The notes under the pieces were generated by a model. That model did no database searches. It worked only from the letters and a program-made list of their open reading frames with translations, and was not told the DNA's origin. From the IMG/VR virus record IMGVR_UViG_3300005330_000015, positions 32,001-96,000 of that record: DNA of 64,000 nt; one strand, 5' to 3'. The position numbers and the translations under genes are program-made. Position 1 is the first letter of the stretch, and every line of letters begins with the position of its first letter. Shown one piece after another: positions 38,691 to 47,725 of this stretch. This DNA comes from a virus (taxonomy: Duplodnaviria > Caudoviricetes).

Positions 38691-39379
38691 ATCACCACCT
38701 GGGTTCCGCTCGCATCGTGCACGCTCGTCACGAACGCGGCATCAGGTTTCACCTGTGCCCACGCCTTGAGCACAGCTGCTGGGTCGGCCACTAGCGGCGC
38801 GGACTGCGGGGAGCCAGCCGGCGCCGCCGTCGGATGGATGATCGCGGCAACCGCCTCGCTCGCGGCGCACCAAAGCGTTACCCCGAGGTCGGTCAGCAGC
38901 GACGCCTTCGAGGTCGCCGCCTTCAGCGGTGCAAGGTCGATCGCCTTGCCATCCGCGCTCACGCCATTGAGCGCGACCTGCGTCGCAAGCGGGGTGAGAA
39001 GGGTAACACCTTGCCGGCGCTCGCTTGAGGTGCAGTCCCACGCGATGCGTCCCGCGGTCTTGACGGCCGGCGACGAGCACGCGGTAGTGTGCGCAGCCAT
39101 GAGTATCACGAGCACTAGCGGCGCCGCGGTCTTCACCAGCGTCCGGCTGACCGTGTAGCCGAGCGCCCCGAGGATGCTCGCGGCCATGCCGGCGATGGCA
39201 AGCGCGGTGTTGTTCGTCAGCGCGCCCGAAGCGAACAGGGCCGAGAGCGCGATCGCTGCGATCTTGAGCCAGAATTCGGAGGTCTGCCAGCCCGGCTTGA
39301 CTGGAACGGGCGCGAATGTGGTCACGATGTCCTCGTGAGCGATTGACGTTGTCGGCTGAACGGTTTCGTCTTGTGTCAT
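38687..39379 (-). CDS. holin-like membrane protein with lipoprotein-like C-terminal domain
   Basis: KPGWQTSEFWL, two TM helices, third hydrophobic stretch ending TTAC; heads lysis operon. Confidence 0.6.
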   Translation of the reverse strand: MTQDETVQPTTSIAHEDIVTTFAPVPVKPGWQTSEFWLKIAAIALSALFASGALTNNTALAIAGMAASILGALGYTVSRTLVKTAAPLVLVILMAAHTTACSSPAVKTAGRIAWDCTSSERRQGVTLLTPLATQVALNGVSADGKAIDLAPLKAATSKASLLTDLGVTLWCAASEAVAAIIHPTAAPAGSPQSAPLVADPAAVLKAWAQVKPDAAFVTSVHDASGTQVVM

Positions 39380-39448
39380 GCCATAACCATCGCCGATCGC
39401 TAGCGTTCGGGGCGAAACTTAGGCATGACTGCACGCGTCAATGTCGCG

Positions 39449-39468
39449 GCTACCCCATCGCTACCCCA
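39449..39468 (+). repeat. GCTACCCCATCGCTACCCCA tandem box, copy 1
   Basis: identical to 60960-60979; variant at 46308-46325. Confidence 0.8.
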
Positions 39469-39476
39469 TGAACGCG

Positions 39477-39504
39477 TTGACGTTTCGTAAACATGATGTA
39501 CAGT
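39477..39504 (+). promoter_or_regulatory. leaderless sigma70-type promoter
   Basis: TTGACG-N16-TACAGT-N6-ATG. Confidence 0.8.
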
Positions 39505-39510
39505 ATAAAC

Positions 39511-39840
39511 ATGAGCAAGACGAACATGACCGACACGGACCGCATCATCCTCGCCGCTGCCCTCACGGGCGAAGGTGATTTCTATGCCACGCGCCGCGCG
39601 CTGGCGCGGTTCTGCACCGAGGCACTTGCCTCATGCGCGGCGATCATCGAGGTGCCAGCGAAGTTCGCGAGCGAAGCGCCCACGTGGCGCACGCTAACGC
39701 GCGATGAGGCGCTGTTCCGCCTTTGCGGGTGGACGAGCTGGTGCAGTGTCCTTCGTGACGTGGAGCGCTTCGAGCGCGCGCGTCTTGCCGCGATTGCGGC
39801 GATGCCAGAGGCGCTCGAGCGGCTTGGAGCGGCGCTGTGA
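39511..39840 (+). CDS. hypothetical early protein
   Basis: ATG at predicted +1. Confidence 0.65.
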   Translation: MSKTNMTDTDRIILAAALTGEGDFYATRRALARFCTEALASCAAIIEVPAKFASEAPTWRTLTRDEALFRLCGWTSWCSVLRDVERFERARLAAIAAMPEALERLGAAL

Positions 39841-39859
39841 TTGTCCGCGGAGTACAGCC

Positions 39860-40285
39860 GTGAGCGCGGTCCGCTTCGTGGCCATCCTAGCACAACGTGA
39901 CCGCTACGATGCATGGTGGTGCGCCGTGGCGCTTGAAGCGCTGGTACCGCGTCATGGGCGCGCGTGGCGAGCTGTGTGCTGCATCTGCGTAGATAGCCTG
40001 GAATGTTCGGGCGTGGATGTGTACGCGCACCGCGTCAACCTCGAAACCGGTCATGATACCGGGTGCTGCTCGTTCTGTGGTGCTTGCGGTCGCGATGTGC
40101 TGGTCGCGTCTGTGCCCGATGAAGTGTTCGCGGCCCCGCCTGCGGGCTTCCGGAAAAGCCGTTGCCGTTACGCAGACCATGGCGGGATACTTTCGCAACT
40201 ACTCGATCTTGCGCGGCAATCAATGACACTCGCTGCGCCGGTCGATTCCGTGTTGACAACGTCAATTTACGATGTACAGTTATAA
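39860..40285 (+). CDS. Cys-rich hypothetical protein
   Basis: CCIC, CSFCGAC; 3-prime end overlaps next promoter, so end uncertain. Confidence 0.45.
   Translation: MSAVRFVAILAQRDRYDAWWCAVALEALVPRHGRAWRAVCCICVDSLECSGVDVYAHRVNLETGHDTGCCSFCGACGRDVLVASVPDEVFAAPPAGFRKSRCRYADHGGILSQLLDLARQSMTLAAPVDSVLTTSIYDVQL
40253..40280 (+). promoter_or_regulatory. leaderless sigma70-type promoter
   Basis: TTGACA-N16-TACAGT-N7-ATG; TTGACAACGTCAA palindrome. Confidence 0.85.
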
Positions 40286-40287
40286 CC

Positions 40288-40503
40288 ATGACGAACACGA
40301 ACACCGCATGGCGCTTTCAGACCACCGACGAATCGGCCATCCACATCGGAGGCCCGACTGACGCTCGCGGCCTGCGCCTCCGCGCCGAATGCGGCTATGG
40401 CTGGGTGCACATGGGGACTGACGGTTGGTTGCAGATTAGCGTGGCGATCCGCAAGGTCGAACTTGAGGAGCGCATCACGGCACTTTTGGAGGTGATTTCG
40501 TGA
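40288..40503 (+). CDS. hypothetical early protein
   Basis: ATG at predicted +1. Confidence 0.6.
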   Translation: MTNTNTAWRFQTTDESAIHIGGPTDARGLRLRAECGYGWVHMGTDGWLQISVAIRKVELEERITALLEVIS

Positions 40504-40961
40504 CGAACGTGAACACCGATTGGGTCCTCTGTCTGGCATGGAGCCTTGGCCACGCGATCCTAACCGCGCTGGTTGGCCACGCTGCGGTCAACTCGTCGGT
40601 CACCTATGACGCCATCCTGCTCGATCTCGGATGCTCCAAGCCGGGCCGCTGGGTCGGACGTTGCAAGACTTGTCGCACGGCACACCGCGTTGATGGCGCG
40701 GTCGCACGTGGACGCAGCCGCGGTCACTATGACGATGTCGTGGTGTCAGGTACACGTTGCTATCGCACTGCTCTGAGCGGACCGAACGCGCTGTTCATCC
40801 CGTGCTGTGGCACGCGCGTTAAGCTCGAGCGTATCTACGATAGTTCTAAGCCAGGCAAGCCGCGCCATGAGTGCAACGCGAAGTGCATGACATCGACTGG
40901 GCCCTCCTGCGAATGCAAATGCAAGGGCGCAAATCATGGCGGTTCAGCGGTGGTGGCGTGA
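40500..40961 (+). CDS. Cys-rich phage protein
   Basis: CNAKCMTSTGPSCECKCKGANHG motif; GGAGG RBS. Confidence 0.7.
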   Translation: MTNVNTDWVLCLAWSLGHAILTALVGHAAVNSSVTYDAILLDLGCSKPGRWVGRCKTCRTAHRVDGAVARGRSRGHYDDVVVSGTRCYRTALSGPNALFIPCCGTRVKLERIYDSSKPGKPRHECNAKCMTSTGPSCECKCKGANHGGSAVVA

Positions 40962-41437
40962 TGCCGTTCGTGGCTGGCGGATGCTGGGAGGACAGGCCAC
41001 GTGTCGGATGCGATCGCTGCGTCAGCACGTGCTGGGACGGTCCGATTGGGGCGCACATGAAGTCGTGTGGTTGCCCATGCTTAGCAGCTGGATGTAAGCA
41101 TGCGGCGTCATGGGATATTCAAGATCGCGCCACGCAGGGACAGCGATTCATCCGTCAACTCCGCGAATATCACGGGTGCGTCGTGGTGCCGCGGACACGC
41201 GCGCACTTTCGTTGGATCGCCCGTTGGTGGGAGATTGAGGCATCGCGCGGCTACGAATCATCAGAGCGATCTCGCGAGTATGCAGCAAACTATCGTTGGC
41301 TCGTGGAGCTAATGGACGCAGGGCACCAGATCACCGCCGATGCTCACGGCGTTTACGTCGACGGCGAGCTGGCAAGCGCGTACGTCGATCGCGGGAGACG
41401 TGCTGCGAAGCGCGCTGCACGCCAATCCGCATGCTAA
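40958..41437 (+). CDS. hypothetical protein
   Basis: GTGA overlap; start uncertain. Confidence 0.5.
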   Translation: MMPFVAGGCWEDRPRVGCDRCVSTCWDGPIGAHMKSCGCPCLAAGCKHAASWDIQDRATQGQRFIRQLREYHGCVVVPRTRAHFRWIARWWEIEASRGYESSERSREYAANYRWLVELMDAGHQITADAHGVYVDGELASAYVDRGRRAAKRAARQSAC

Positions 41438-41673
41438 CCATCCGCACCGTCATGCCAGCGCGTCGTCCGCCGGCCCCGATGCTTCCGGTTTGGCACCGTC
41501 CACGTGACGCGCACGGCCGGTTTCTTCCCGTGCCGCGCGCTGGCACGCCCATCCAGCGCGTCCGGGCCAAACGGGCAGCGGCTGGTAGGTGCCAGCAGTG
41601 CGGCAAGGAACGCCCATGCTCGAGCTGCGGCCGGCGCACGAGCGAATGGCGAGCCAGGAAGGCGCGAGCATGA
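41431..41673 (+). CDS. basic Zn-ribbon protein
   Basis: RDAHGRF, CQQCG..PCSSC. Confidence 0.5.
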   Translation: MLTIRTVMPARRPPAPMLPVWHRPRDAHGRFLPVPRAGTPIQRVRAKRAAAGRCQQCGKERPCSSCGRRTSEWRARKARA

Positions 41674-41859
41674 TCGAGCGGTACATCGAGATCACGTGCG
41701 ACGTCTGCGGCGAGCCCGTTTTGGTCCGAGGCCGACATGCCCATGCGCGAGTTCAAGCGCATCGGGATCCCAGGCTGGCGCCACTATAAGGACAAGAGCA
41801 TGTGCGTAGCTTGCGTAAGATCAGGTAAACGCTGGGAAGATGCGACGTTACACGGGTAG
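41670..41859 (+). pseudogene. small Zn-finger protein, +1 frameshift at T4 41719-41722
   Basis: ITCDVCGEP joins VWSEAD...GW...CVAC when one T is removed. Confidence 0.6.
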
Positions 41860-41871
41860 ACAGATTGCCAG

Positions 41872-41900
41872 TTGACAACGTCAACAACACGATGTACAGT
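41872..41900 (+). promoter_or_regulatory. leaderless sigma70-type promoter
   Basis: TTGACA-N17-TACAGT-N7-ATG; TTGACAACGTCAA palindrome. Confidence 0.85.
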
Positions 41901-41907
41901 TATACTC

Positions 41908-42120
41908 ATGAACAAGACGAACCACTTCTCATCGAAGGACTTCAGCCGTACGATCGTTGCCGCGCTGAACAAGCGCGGCATCAGGTTCATCGGTAGCACC
42001 TGGGTTCCGGGTGTTGATGGTTCGTTCGCGAACGGCGAGCGTGCTTACCAGCTTGACGACAACGGAACGCATCGCCTCCGCTCGTACGCAGAAGTCCGCG
42101 AGATGGGAGGTGCGTCGTGA
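41908..42120 (+). CDS. hypothetical early protein
   Basis: ATG at predicted +1. Confidence 0.65.
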   Translation: MNKTNHFSSKDFSRTIVAALNKRGIRFIGSTWVPGVDGSFANGERAYQLDDNGTHRLRSYAEVREMGGAS

Positions 42121-43556
42121 ACACCACTAAGATCGAAGGATTCCCGGCAAGTCGGCTCGAAGCCGCGCGTGACGCGCTATCCAAGTCGTATGCGCGGCTC
42201 GCGCGAGCCGCAGCCAAGACTGGCCAGGCGGCACCAGCCGCGCCGTCGCTTCGCGTCGTGTCTCAGCGCGTCACGTCACTCTGCTCAGAGTGCCACGGCA
42301 CGACCAATGGCTTCGCTGGCGGACGCTGCATGTCGCCATTATGTGGAGGATTTATCGCGTCTTACCAGGTCGTCGATCTCGAGCTCGTTGCTGAACGTCC
42401 AGCGCTCGCAGGCTGGGAGTTCCTGGCGGTGGTCGAGCCGCTCCAGGGCGGCAACCTGATCCGGCAGGTGCCCGGCGCGACAATCGCAGAGGGTGAGCTC
42501 GCGCCGTGGGCTGATTCGAGCACGACAGGAATGACCTGCGACCACTGCAAGTCAGCACGGCACCGCAAGGAGGTCTTCATCGTGCGCGCCGATGGAAGCG
42601 ACTCATCCGTGTCGGCCGGCACCCACAAGCAGGTCGGCCGGAACTGCCTGGAGTCGTTTCTGGGCGGCAAGAGCGCGGCCCACATCATCGCGATGCTCGG
42701 CTGGCCCGATGTGGTGCGTGAGGCCGGAAGTGACGAGGAGGGCGGTGGAGGCGGCTACGGTCATGGCGAGGTCGTGCACGACCCGATCAAGTTCCTGTCG
42801 TGGGTGGCGGGTGTCATTCGCGAGGACGGCTGGCTGTCTCGCTCCGCCGCGCGCGATGATGCGGATGACTTCGGCACCCGCCCAATGCGCCGCCCCACTG
42901 CGGACCAGGCGCTTTACCTGGTCACGAAGCCGTTTGGCGCGTCGGACACGTGGGCCAAGGAGCGCGCTCGATGCGAGCCGACCGCTGCCGAGGTCGAGCG
43001 AGCTACCGCTGCCCTCGAGTGGGCGCGCTCGCTCGAGGGCAGCAGCGACTATGAACGCAACCTCGCGCTTGTGGCGCGTCAGGAAGCGATGAGCCCCAAG
43101 CACGCTGGCATCCTCGCCAGCGCAATCCCAGGCCACACCAGGGCCCTTGGACGCGAAATGGAGCGCCGCCAGCGCGCGGTACGCAACGCGGCGCAGCCGA
43201 GCCAGCATGTTGGCGAGGTCAAGGCGCGGCTCGGGTTTGACCTTCTGGTCGAGCGCGTCATTGAGACGTCCACGGAGTGGGGCCCGCTCCACATCATCGT
43301 GATGCGCGACGAGAACAACAACCTGCTGGTCTGGAAGACCGGCGCCGCCAGCGCGAATCCCGGAGACCGAATCCGGCTCAAGGGCACGATCAAGCGCCAC
43401 ACCGAGTTCAATGGCGAGAAGCAGACCGAGTTGACGCGTTGCGACGTCGTGGAGCTCGTGCTTGCGCACCCGAACAATGACTTCGCGGTGACGCCCAACG
43501 CGCCGCCCAGCGTCAAGCCGGTTCGCGCCAAGCGCGCCGCCACGGTGTCAGCGTGA
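42117..43556 (+). CDS. conserved phage protein with Zn motif and C-terminal OB-fold-like domain
   Basis: CDHC..RHRK, QVGRNCL..FLG, SQHVG...LKGTIKRH..FNGEKQT.LTRC; GGAGG RBS. Confidence 0.75.
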   Translation: MNTTKIEGFPASRLEAARDALSKSYARLARAAAKTGQAAPAAPSLRVVSQRVTSLCSECHGTTNGFAGGRCMSPLCGGFIASYQVVDLELVAERPALAGWEFLAVVEPLQGGNLIRQVPGATIAEGELAPWADSSTTGMTCDHCKSARHRKEVFIVRADGSDSSVSAGTHKQVGRNCLESFLGGKSAAHIIAMLGWPDVVREAGSDEEGGGGGYGHGEVVHDPIKFLSWVAGVIREDGWLSRSAARDDADDFGTRPMRRPTADQALYLVTKPFGASDTWAKERARCEPTAAEVERATAALEWARSLEGSSDYERNLALVARQEAMSPKHAGILASAIPGHTRALGREMERRQRAVRNAAQPSQHVGEVKARLGFDLLVERVIETSTEWGPLHIIVMRDENNNLLVWKTGAASANPGDRIRLKGTIKRHTEFNGEKQTELTRCDVVELVLAHPNNDFAVTPNAPPSVKPVRAKRAATVSA

Positions 43557-43759
43557 CCGCCTCAAACGCGATCGCCTGGATGCAGTTCGCCGGTTATCAT
43601 GGCGACACCGCTGCGTTTGCGCGCCTACTCGTAGACCGTGAAGTCGGCGATCTGGTCGCGGATGACGCATGGATCCAAGGCGTGCGCTTGCGCCAATCCG
43701 GAGCGGGATGTGGTTGCGCTGACTGCGTCAACAGGCGATCGATGTCGATTCCTCGTTGA
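43553..43759 (+). CDS. hypothetical protein
   Basis: AGYHGD motif, CGCADC. Confidence 0.6.
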   Translation: MTASNAIAWMQFAGYHGDTAAFARLLVDREVGDLVADDAWIQGVRLRQSGAGCGCADCVNRRSMSIPR

Positions 43760-43783
43760 CAATGCCACAACACGATGTACAGT
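43756..43783 (+). promoter_or_regulatory. leaderless sigma70-type promoter
   Basis: TTGACA-N16-TACAGT-N6-ATG. Confidence 0.85.
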
Positions 43784-43789
43784 AAAAAC

Positions 43790-44155
43790 ATGACGAACGA
43801 GATGAGCACTGAGATCGAATCACTGCGCACCTTCGCTCTAGCCCATAGCGAGGTCGAGTTCGCGCACCTCTGCACATCCGCGCTCCACCAGAGCGATGAG
43901 ACGTGGGGCATTGCGCGCTCGGATGCGGCGCAGGTAACCGGTCATATCATCGGATGTGACTGCACGGAGTGCTCCCTGATTAGGGAAGAGTCTGTGTTTG
44001 CGCGTGATTCGTGGGCGGTCGAACGTGTCGCTATCGTAATCTCGGAAGTAAATCACACCACGAAGGCTTACCGAGATGAGGTCAAACTGAGCTTCATCCG
44101 CGCCACTGACACCACGCGCCCGGACGGCGCGGTTGCGCGCTCGTTCACGCTCTAA
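43790..44155 (+). CDS. early protein, divergent member of the TDEQI helical family
   Basis: EIESLRTFALAHSEVEFAHLCTSAL. Confidence 0.6.
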   Translation: MTNEMSTEIESLRTFALAHSEVEFAHLCTSALHQSDETWGIARSDAAQVTGHIIGCDCTECSLIREESVFARDSWAVERVAIVISEVNHTTKAYRDEVKLSFIRATDTTRPDGAVARSFTL

Positions 44156-44170
44156 CCCGAGGAGATCGCC

Positions 44171-44467
44171 ATGGCTATCCCTATCGACCGCACGCCAGGA
44201 TCGCTCAAGCCACGCGCCATCGCCGCGCTGTGCTCGCTACGCACGGGCCCAAAAACGACCGTGCAGATCGGGCACGCTATCGGCGATTCGAGCGTCGGCT
44301 CGACCCGCGACCTCATGGGCAACCTGCGCGATATGGATCTCGTCGCGCAAGTGCCCGGCGACGCACGCTGGTACCTCACCCACGACGGAATCGGATGGCT
44401 CCAGAGTAACGGCCTCGATGCTGTACGCGAGGCCCGGCTGTGGGTGGCGCAGGAGCGTGCGTCGTGA
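44171..44467 (+). CDS. winged-helix protein
   Basis: GGAG RBS; LMGNLRDMDLV...WYLTHDG. Confidence 0.65.
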   Translation: MAIPIDRTPGSLKPRAIAALCSLRTGPKTTVQIGHAIGDSSVGSTRDLMGNLRDMDLVAQVPGDARWYLTHDGIGWLQSNGLDAVREARLWVAQERAS

Positions 44468-44658
44468 GCCGCGCCGTGGTCACCGCCGATAACCTGACCA
44501 ACGCACAGATCGACGAGTTTCGCGAGTCGCTACCACGTGGTCATTACGCGCTGCAGTGGACCATCGATGCGGTCGTCGATCCACCGGGAAACCGCCGCAA
44601 CAACGCGCGACGCGAAGTCGCCGCGCTCATCAACGCCCGCAACATGGCGAAGCCATGA
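44464..44658 (+). CDS. TDEQI/AINAR family protein
   Basis: VTADNLTNAQI...ARREVAALINAR. Confidence 0.65.
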   Translation: MSRAVVTADNLTNAQIDEFRESLPRGHYALQWTIDAVVDPPGNRRNNARREVAALINARNMAKP

Positions 44659-45077
44659 GCACGCCTGCGGTCACCGGGAAGACGATAACCGACGAACAGA
44701 TCCGCGCCGAGCGACGGAGGGATCCTTCTCTGCTCGACCTTCTCATGGTCGCGATCCATAGCACGGATCCAGAGTTCCGTTCTGGTGCCCGTCAGGAGTT
44801 CGCCGACGCCATCAACGCCAGGAGTGATATGATGAGCGAAACCACCGTCACCGCGGACAATCTGACCAACAAGCAGATCCGAGCGCTGCAGGCTCAGATA
44901 TCTGGCCGCGTGTTCCCGGCAGCCGGCATGGCGCACACCGAGTTGTCCAACCTGTGGCACGACACCGAGACCGCGCTATGCGAGCCGGATCTTGAGACGA
45001 GCACCATTCAACAGCGCCTCGCTGCCCGCGCCCGCGTCGCCGCCGCCATCAACGCCCGCGCGAAGGCGGTGCGGTGA
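44655..45077 (+). CDS. tandem two-unit TDEQI/AINAR family protein
   Basis: unit 1 TGKTITDEQIR...ADAINAR; unit 2 (own AGGAG RBS, ATG 44829) TADNLTNKQIR...AAAINARAK. Confidence 0.7.
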   Translation: MSTPAVTGKTITDEQIRAERRRDPSLLDLLMVAIHSTDPEFRSGARQEFADAINARSDMMSETTVTADNLTNKQIRALQAQISGRVFPAAGMAHTELSNLWHDTETALCEPDLETSTIQQRLAARARVAAAINARAKAVR

Positions 45078-45079
45078 TG
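45045..45079 (+). repeat. 35-bp perfect direct repeat, left copy
   Basis: GCCATCAACGCCCGCGCGAAGGCGGTGCGGTGATG identical to 49991-50025. Confidence 0.9.
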
Positions 45080-45259
45080 AAACGCATCACCATAACTGGC
45101 AGGCGAGCGATCGACTCCGGCCGTCCGTTGTTCGTCAAGTCATTCGACGGATGGGTTCCGGCGCTGCCCGGAACACGAGAACGTGCGGCATGCATGCCGC
45201 GCCACGCGCTATGGATTTACGGGATCGAAGGTTCCGCCCGCGCGAAGGGTGGGAAGTAG
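45074..45259 (+). CDS. hypothetical protein
   Basis: chained overlap. Confidence 0.5.
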   Translation: MMKRITITGRRAIDSGRPLFVKSFDGWVPALPGTRERAACMPRHALWIYGIEGSARAKGGK

Positions 45260-45261
45260 CC

Positions 45262-45498
45262 GTGGCTGCTGCAAGACAGTCGGTATTGCTGGCGGGTGAC
45301 ATCGTGGTGCTGTGCCCGCATTGCGAGGCAGAACAGCCGTCGCCTGGTGACGACTCGGGCCGATGGCTGACGCAGGAGGTTGCTGATCATCAAGGCAAGC
45401 GCTCTTGCGTCGCGTGCAATGAGTCGTATTCGCTGGTGTTGCACGCCAATGTCGGGACCGAGCATGTGACCGTCCCACGCGCCAAGGAGACCAAGTAG
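45262..45498 (+). CDS. Zn-ribbon protein
   Basis: CPHC...CVAC. Confidence 0.55.
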   Translation: MAAARQSVLLAGDIVVLCPHCEAEQPSPGDDSGRWLTQEVADHQGKRSCVACNESYSLVLHANVGTEHVTVPRAKETK

Positions 45499-45500
45499 CC

Positions 45501-45737
45501 ATGCCAACGAAACCGCTGATCAGCGACGAAGAGACCAAACTCGAGCGGGCCATCGGCGTCATGAAAACAGGCTGGTGTCCTTGGCCGTACCTTGGAGCAA
45601 CCGCTCCTGGTGACACTGGCCTAGATTACAAATCGGAATGCCGGTGTGGAAAGCGCGTCTGCGTCACCGCGCGCGGACTACTTTCCCACCATAAGATGCT
45701 GCGGCAGGTCTCGAAGGACGAGGTTCGTCGTGGGTGA
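45501..45737 (+). CDS. small Zn-binding protein
   Basis: AAGGAG RBS; C...CRCG...HH. Confidence 0.55.
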   Translation: MPTKPLISDEETKLERAIGVMKTGWCPWPYLGATAPGDTGLDYKSECRCGKRVCVTARGLLSHHKMLRQVSKDEVRRG

Positions 45738-45984
45738 CCATAGGAAGTCGTCCGAAGCCGAGCTCACCGCCGAGCAGATCGAGCATATCGCCGTGAGGGC
45801 AGCGGAGCTCGGCGATCCGATCGTCGAGGGCGCCTGCGATCGGGCACTCTCGCATCCTGAGGCACAACTCGGGACGATGACCTTCGAGCGTGTCGTGCGC
45901 GACATAGCGCGCAACGAGATCGTCTACGCCGAGTGGCTCGAAGACGCCGAAGTCACCCGTTGCTACCGTAAGAGGACACCATGA
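45730..45984 (+). CDS. TDEQI family protein
   Basis: LTAEQIEHIAVRAAELGDPIVEGACDRAL. Confidence 0.55.
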   Translation: MGDHRKSSEAELTAEQIEHIAVRAAELGDPIVEGACDRALSHPEAQLGTMTFERVVRDIARNEIVYAEWLEDAEVTRCYRKRTP

Positions 45985-46304
45985 CGATGACATACCAGCA
46001 GGCCGCCGACTTCCTCGGCATCAAGGTCGAGACTCTGCGCTCGATGGTGAGCGCCGGAACGGTTCCGTATACGAGGCGAGGCCCGCACGAAGTAACGTTC
46101 AACTCTAAGAAATTGCAGAAATGGTGCGACGGACGTCCCGGGCATCGTCCCTACGTCCGTGGTGCGGCGCAGGACCGGCGATTCCAATTGCGTATGACAG
46201 ATGATGAGTGGAGCGCCATCGAAGGCGCCACCATCGCGAAAGGAAAGGCGATAGGACCCTGGATCATTCAGCAAGCAGTGAAGGCAGCGAACCGCGAGCG
46301 CTGA
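45981..46304 (+). CDS. excisionase-like HTH fused to RHH-like domain
   Basis: MTYQQAADFLGIKVETLRSMVSAGTVP; FQLRMTDDEW. Confidence 0.75.
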   Translation: MTMTYQQAADFLGIKVETLRSMVSAGTVPYTRRGPHEVTFNSKKLQKWCDGRPGHRPYVRGAAQDRRFQLRMTDDEWSAIEGATIAKGKAIGPWIIQQAVKAANRER

Positions 46305-46360
46305 CCACTACCCACCGCTACCCCAAGGCGGCGCATGGACGACGTATAAAGGACAACGAG

Positions 46361-46930
46361 ATGAAGACAATGATCGCCGCAACCTCGGACATCGTGCTAA
46401 CCGACCTGGTTCACGACCACATCGACGCGTTTGCCGCGCCTGACGGTGAATGGCGGGCATCTGCTCGTCTCGTGTTCATCCACCGCGTGTGGGATGCGAT
46501 GGTCGCATCCGGGTCGTGCGCACACGTGCCATGCATGGCCACGGCGGCCGACCGAGCTCCGCTATTTCAGCGGCAGCGCACGCCTGAGCTCGCCGACTTC
46601 AAAGCCTGGCTCGTGTCCGCGCTCAAATACACCGACGCGTCAGGCCGGCCACTGGTCGTGCTTTTGCGCGGCAGTGAAGCGGACCAGCGCCACTGCGACC
46701 TTGATGCGCTTAGCGCCAGCTGGACGCAGATTGCCGGTGAACAGGACGCGTACTTTATCGTGGACCGCCGCGCCGACCCCAAGGCGTACGAGCCTGCGCC
46801 GCGTAAGACCACCGTCATCAATCCCGTAGCGCTTAGGGCCTACCGCGCCATGGAGGCAGGCGAGCGCGAGCGCGACGCGAGCGCTGGCCTGACCGCAGCG
46901 AGGCACGCCGACATCCCGGAGGCGCCATGA
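46361..46930 (+). CDS. hypothetical protein
   Basis: AAGGA RBS; VFIHRVW...FKAWL motif. Confidence 0.65.
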   Translation: MKTMIAATSDIVLTDLVHDHIDAFAAPDGEWRASARLVFIHRVWDAMVASGSCAHVPCMATAADRAPLFQRQRTPELADFKAWLVSALKYTDASGRPLVVLLRGSEADQRHCDLDALSASWTQIAGEQDAYFIVDRRADPKAYEPAPRKTTVINPVALRAYRAMEAGERERDASAGLTAARHADIPEAP

Positions 46931-47148
46931 TCTCCGCCATCATCCGCGAGCAGGCTGCGTGGATGTGCCAGGTGGCGGCCAGCAACTATGGCCCGACGTT
47001 CTGGGAGACCCGCCAGATGACGGGTCGCGGTTCCTATAACCTGGCCTGCGCCGCGGTAGTCCAAACATTGACTGACCATCCTGAGTATCATTGGCGAGAG
47101 ACTCACGCAGAAGCGGAGGCGCTTCTCAAGACAGGATGGGAGCCATGA
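46927..47148 (+). CDS. hypothetical protein
   Basis: AEAEALLKTGWEP; GGAGG RBS. Confidence 0.6.
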   Translation: MISAIIREQAAWMCQVAASNYGPTFWETRQMTGRGSYNLACAAVVQTLTDHPEYHWRETHAEAEALLKTGWEP

Positions 47149-47363
47149 AGCCCGCGCGCAGGATCGAGGAGCTCACCGAGGCGATCATGAATAATGACCA
47201 TCACAAGGAATGCACCTACTTCGCACCGCATTGGTTCGCTGGACGCTGGCTAGATTGGCATCGCGAGACTGGGTGTAGCCTCGACGATAGTAGGCCGCGC
47301 ACGCCGGACGGCGCCAAGCAGATCGCCGATGGAGTCGCACTGGGTAATAAGGTGCACCTATGA
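47145..47363 (+). CDS. hypothetical protein
   Basis: chained overlaps. Confidence 0.55.
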   Translation: MKPARRIEELTEAIMNNDHHKECTYFAPHWFAGRWLDWHRETGCSLDDSRPRTPDGAKQIADGVALGNKVHL

Positions 47364-47725
47364 GTCTCGATCTTTCACTTATCGGAGCTCCAGCTGAAGA
47401 GCCATGCACTTGCCAATGCGGGCACAAGCATATGCGCATTGATCGACCGGTGCTGTTCGACGTCAACATCACGCACAACCTGAACGAGATGGCCAGCGAG
47501 GCAGGGCTATATCAAGCGATGTGGCGAAGCCATGGTGCGCGAGCCGGCGATCTGGTATCAGCACTCGTTGAGGGGGTTGCGATGCTTAAGCGCGAGCCAA
47601 ACCGCTTCCAGGCGATCAGCCCGAAGAACGGGCGCGACGACTATGATGGCCTCCTGCGAACGGCCCTAGCCTTCCTGCAAGCATGCCGTGATAACCCAGA
47701 TGCCACCGTGGAGGCTTGCAGATGA
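47360..47725 (+). CDS. conserved phage hypothetical protein
   Basis: NITHNL.EMA.EAG...P.RF....P.NG...Y motif. Confidence 0.7.
   Translation: MSLDLSLIGAPAEEPCTCQCGHKHMRIDRPVLFDVNITHNLNEMASEAGLYQAMWRSHGARAGDLVSALVEGVAMLKREPNRFQAISPKNGRDDYDGLLRTALAFLQACRDNPDATVEACR

Noticed and set aside
42603-43469. Long antisense ORFs (also 211-894, 14551-15342, 28735-29349)
   Set aside because: Shadow frames of real genes in high-GC DNA; no RBS, coupling or motifs
45981-46304. Integration module implied by the excisionase-like HTH
   Set aside because: No integrase or att-like site nearby; such HTH proteins are common phage regulators
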